Of a DNA stretch of 32,000 bases, positions 31,950-32,000 are shown in pieces. This DNA is from Candidatus Saccharimonadota bacterium (GTDB lineage: Bacteria; Patescibacteriota; Saccharimonadia; Saccharimonadales; Saccharimonadaceae): NCBI GenBank assembly GCA_023898645.1, contig CP060232.1:270001-302000 (forward strand), in the 5' to 3' direction. The translations under genes were made by a program, and so were the position numbers. The stretch's first letter is position 1; every line of letters begins with the position of its first letter. The notes beneath the pieces were generated by a model, which was not told where the DNA came from, did not search any database, and was given only the letters and a program-made list of their open reading frames with translations.

Positions 31950-32000
31950 GAAAGTGTGCAGGATTCATGTTCAATGGCGTGATGATCATCGGGTCGATTA
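31946..32000 (+). CDS. 5' end of an unidentified CDS (runs off the right edge)
   Basis: AGGAGG lies 7 nt upstream of ATG 31946. The frame reads MRKCAGFMFNGVMIIGSI... and stays open to the window end. Confidence 0.4.
   Translation, partial: MRKCAGFMFNGVMIIGSI

Noticed and set aside
1-32000. Alternative genetic code (UGA recoded, as in some candidate phyla)
   Set aside because: TGA terminates well-supported genes at the expected length (glyA at 14740-14742, murT at 1521-1523, the ABC permease at 30146-30148). No recognisable protein requires read-through.

Overview
Gene-dense bacterial chromosomal window with about 40 CDS and 5 tRNA genes. It uses the standard genetic code (TGA ends several well-supported genes). 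I saw no rRNA, CRISPR array, integrase or transposase. The recognisable content is peptidoglycan genes (murT-gatD, an HTH-fused murA, murB), one-carbon genes (glyA, folD), a partial nhaA, a PAS histidine kinase, two single-domain response regulators, a MacB/FtsX-type ABC exporter and nine type IV pilin-like genes. This mix, plus very short spacers with -10 boxes abutting start codons, suggests a small-genome piliated organism. A Saccharibacteria/CPR-like origin is my inference only and is not demonstrated. Main points of interest: (1) a tRNA-flanked trio of compositionally extreme small proteins, two of them paralogues (one about 31% Tyr, one His/Asn/Trp-rich with 48-nt in-frame tandem repeats) that share a conserved aromatic core with synonymous-only divergence. 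(2) Two paralogous minor-pilin modules whose PilX-like members carry different large C-terminal domains (RCC1-like propeller versus Gly/Ser/Thr-rich solenoid-like), plus a major pilin and an extra pilin whose start position reads ATA. (3) A conserved element with a covarying hairpin located next to tRNA terminators in 3 to 4 copies. (4) tRNA terminator hairpins that begin inside the encoded CCA. (5) An XRE-HTH::MurA fusion. (6) A membrane-anchored double-AAA+ Clp/Hsp100-like protein with a DE-to-DN change in Walker B of D1, coupled to a small membrane protein. (7) Widespread leaderless promoter architecture. All family assignments rest on motif recognition by eye; no database search was run.
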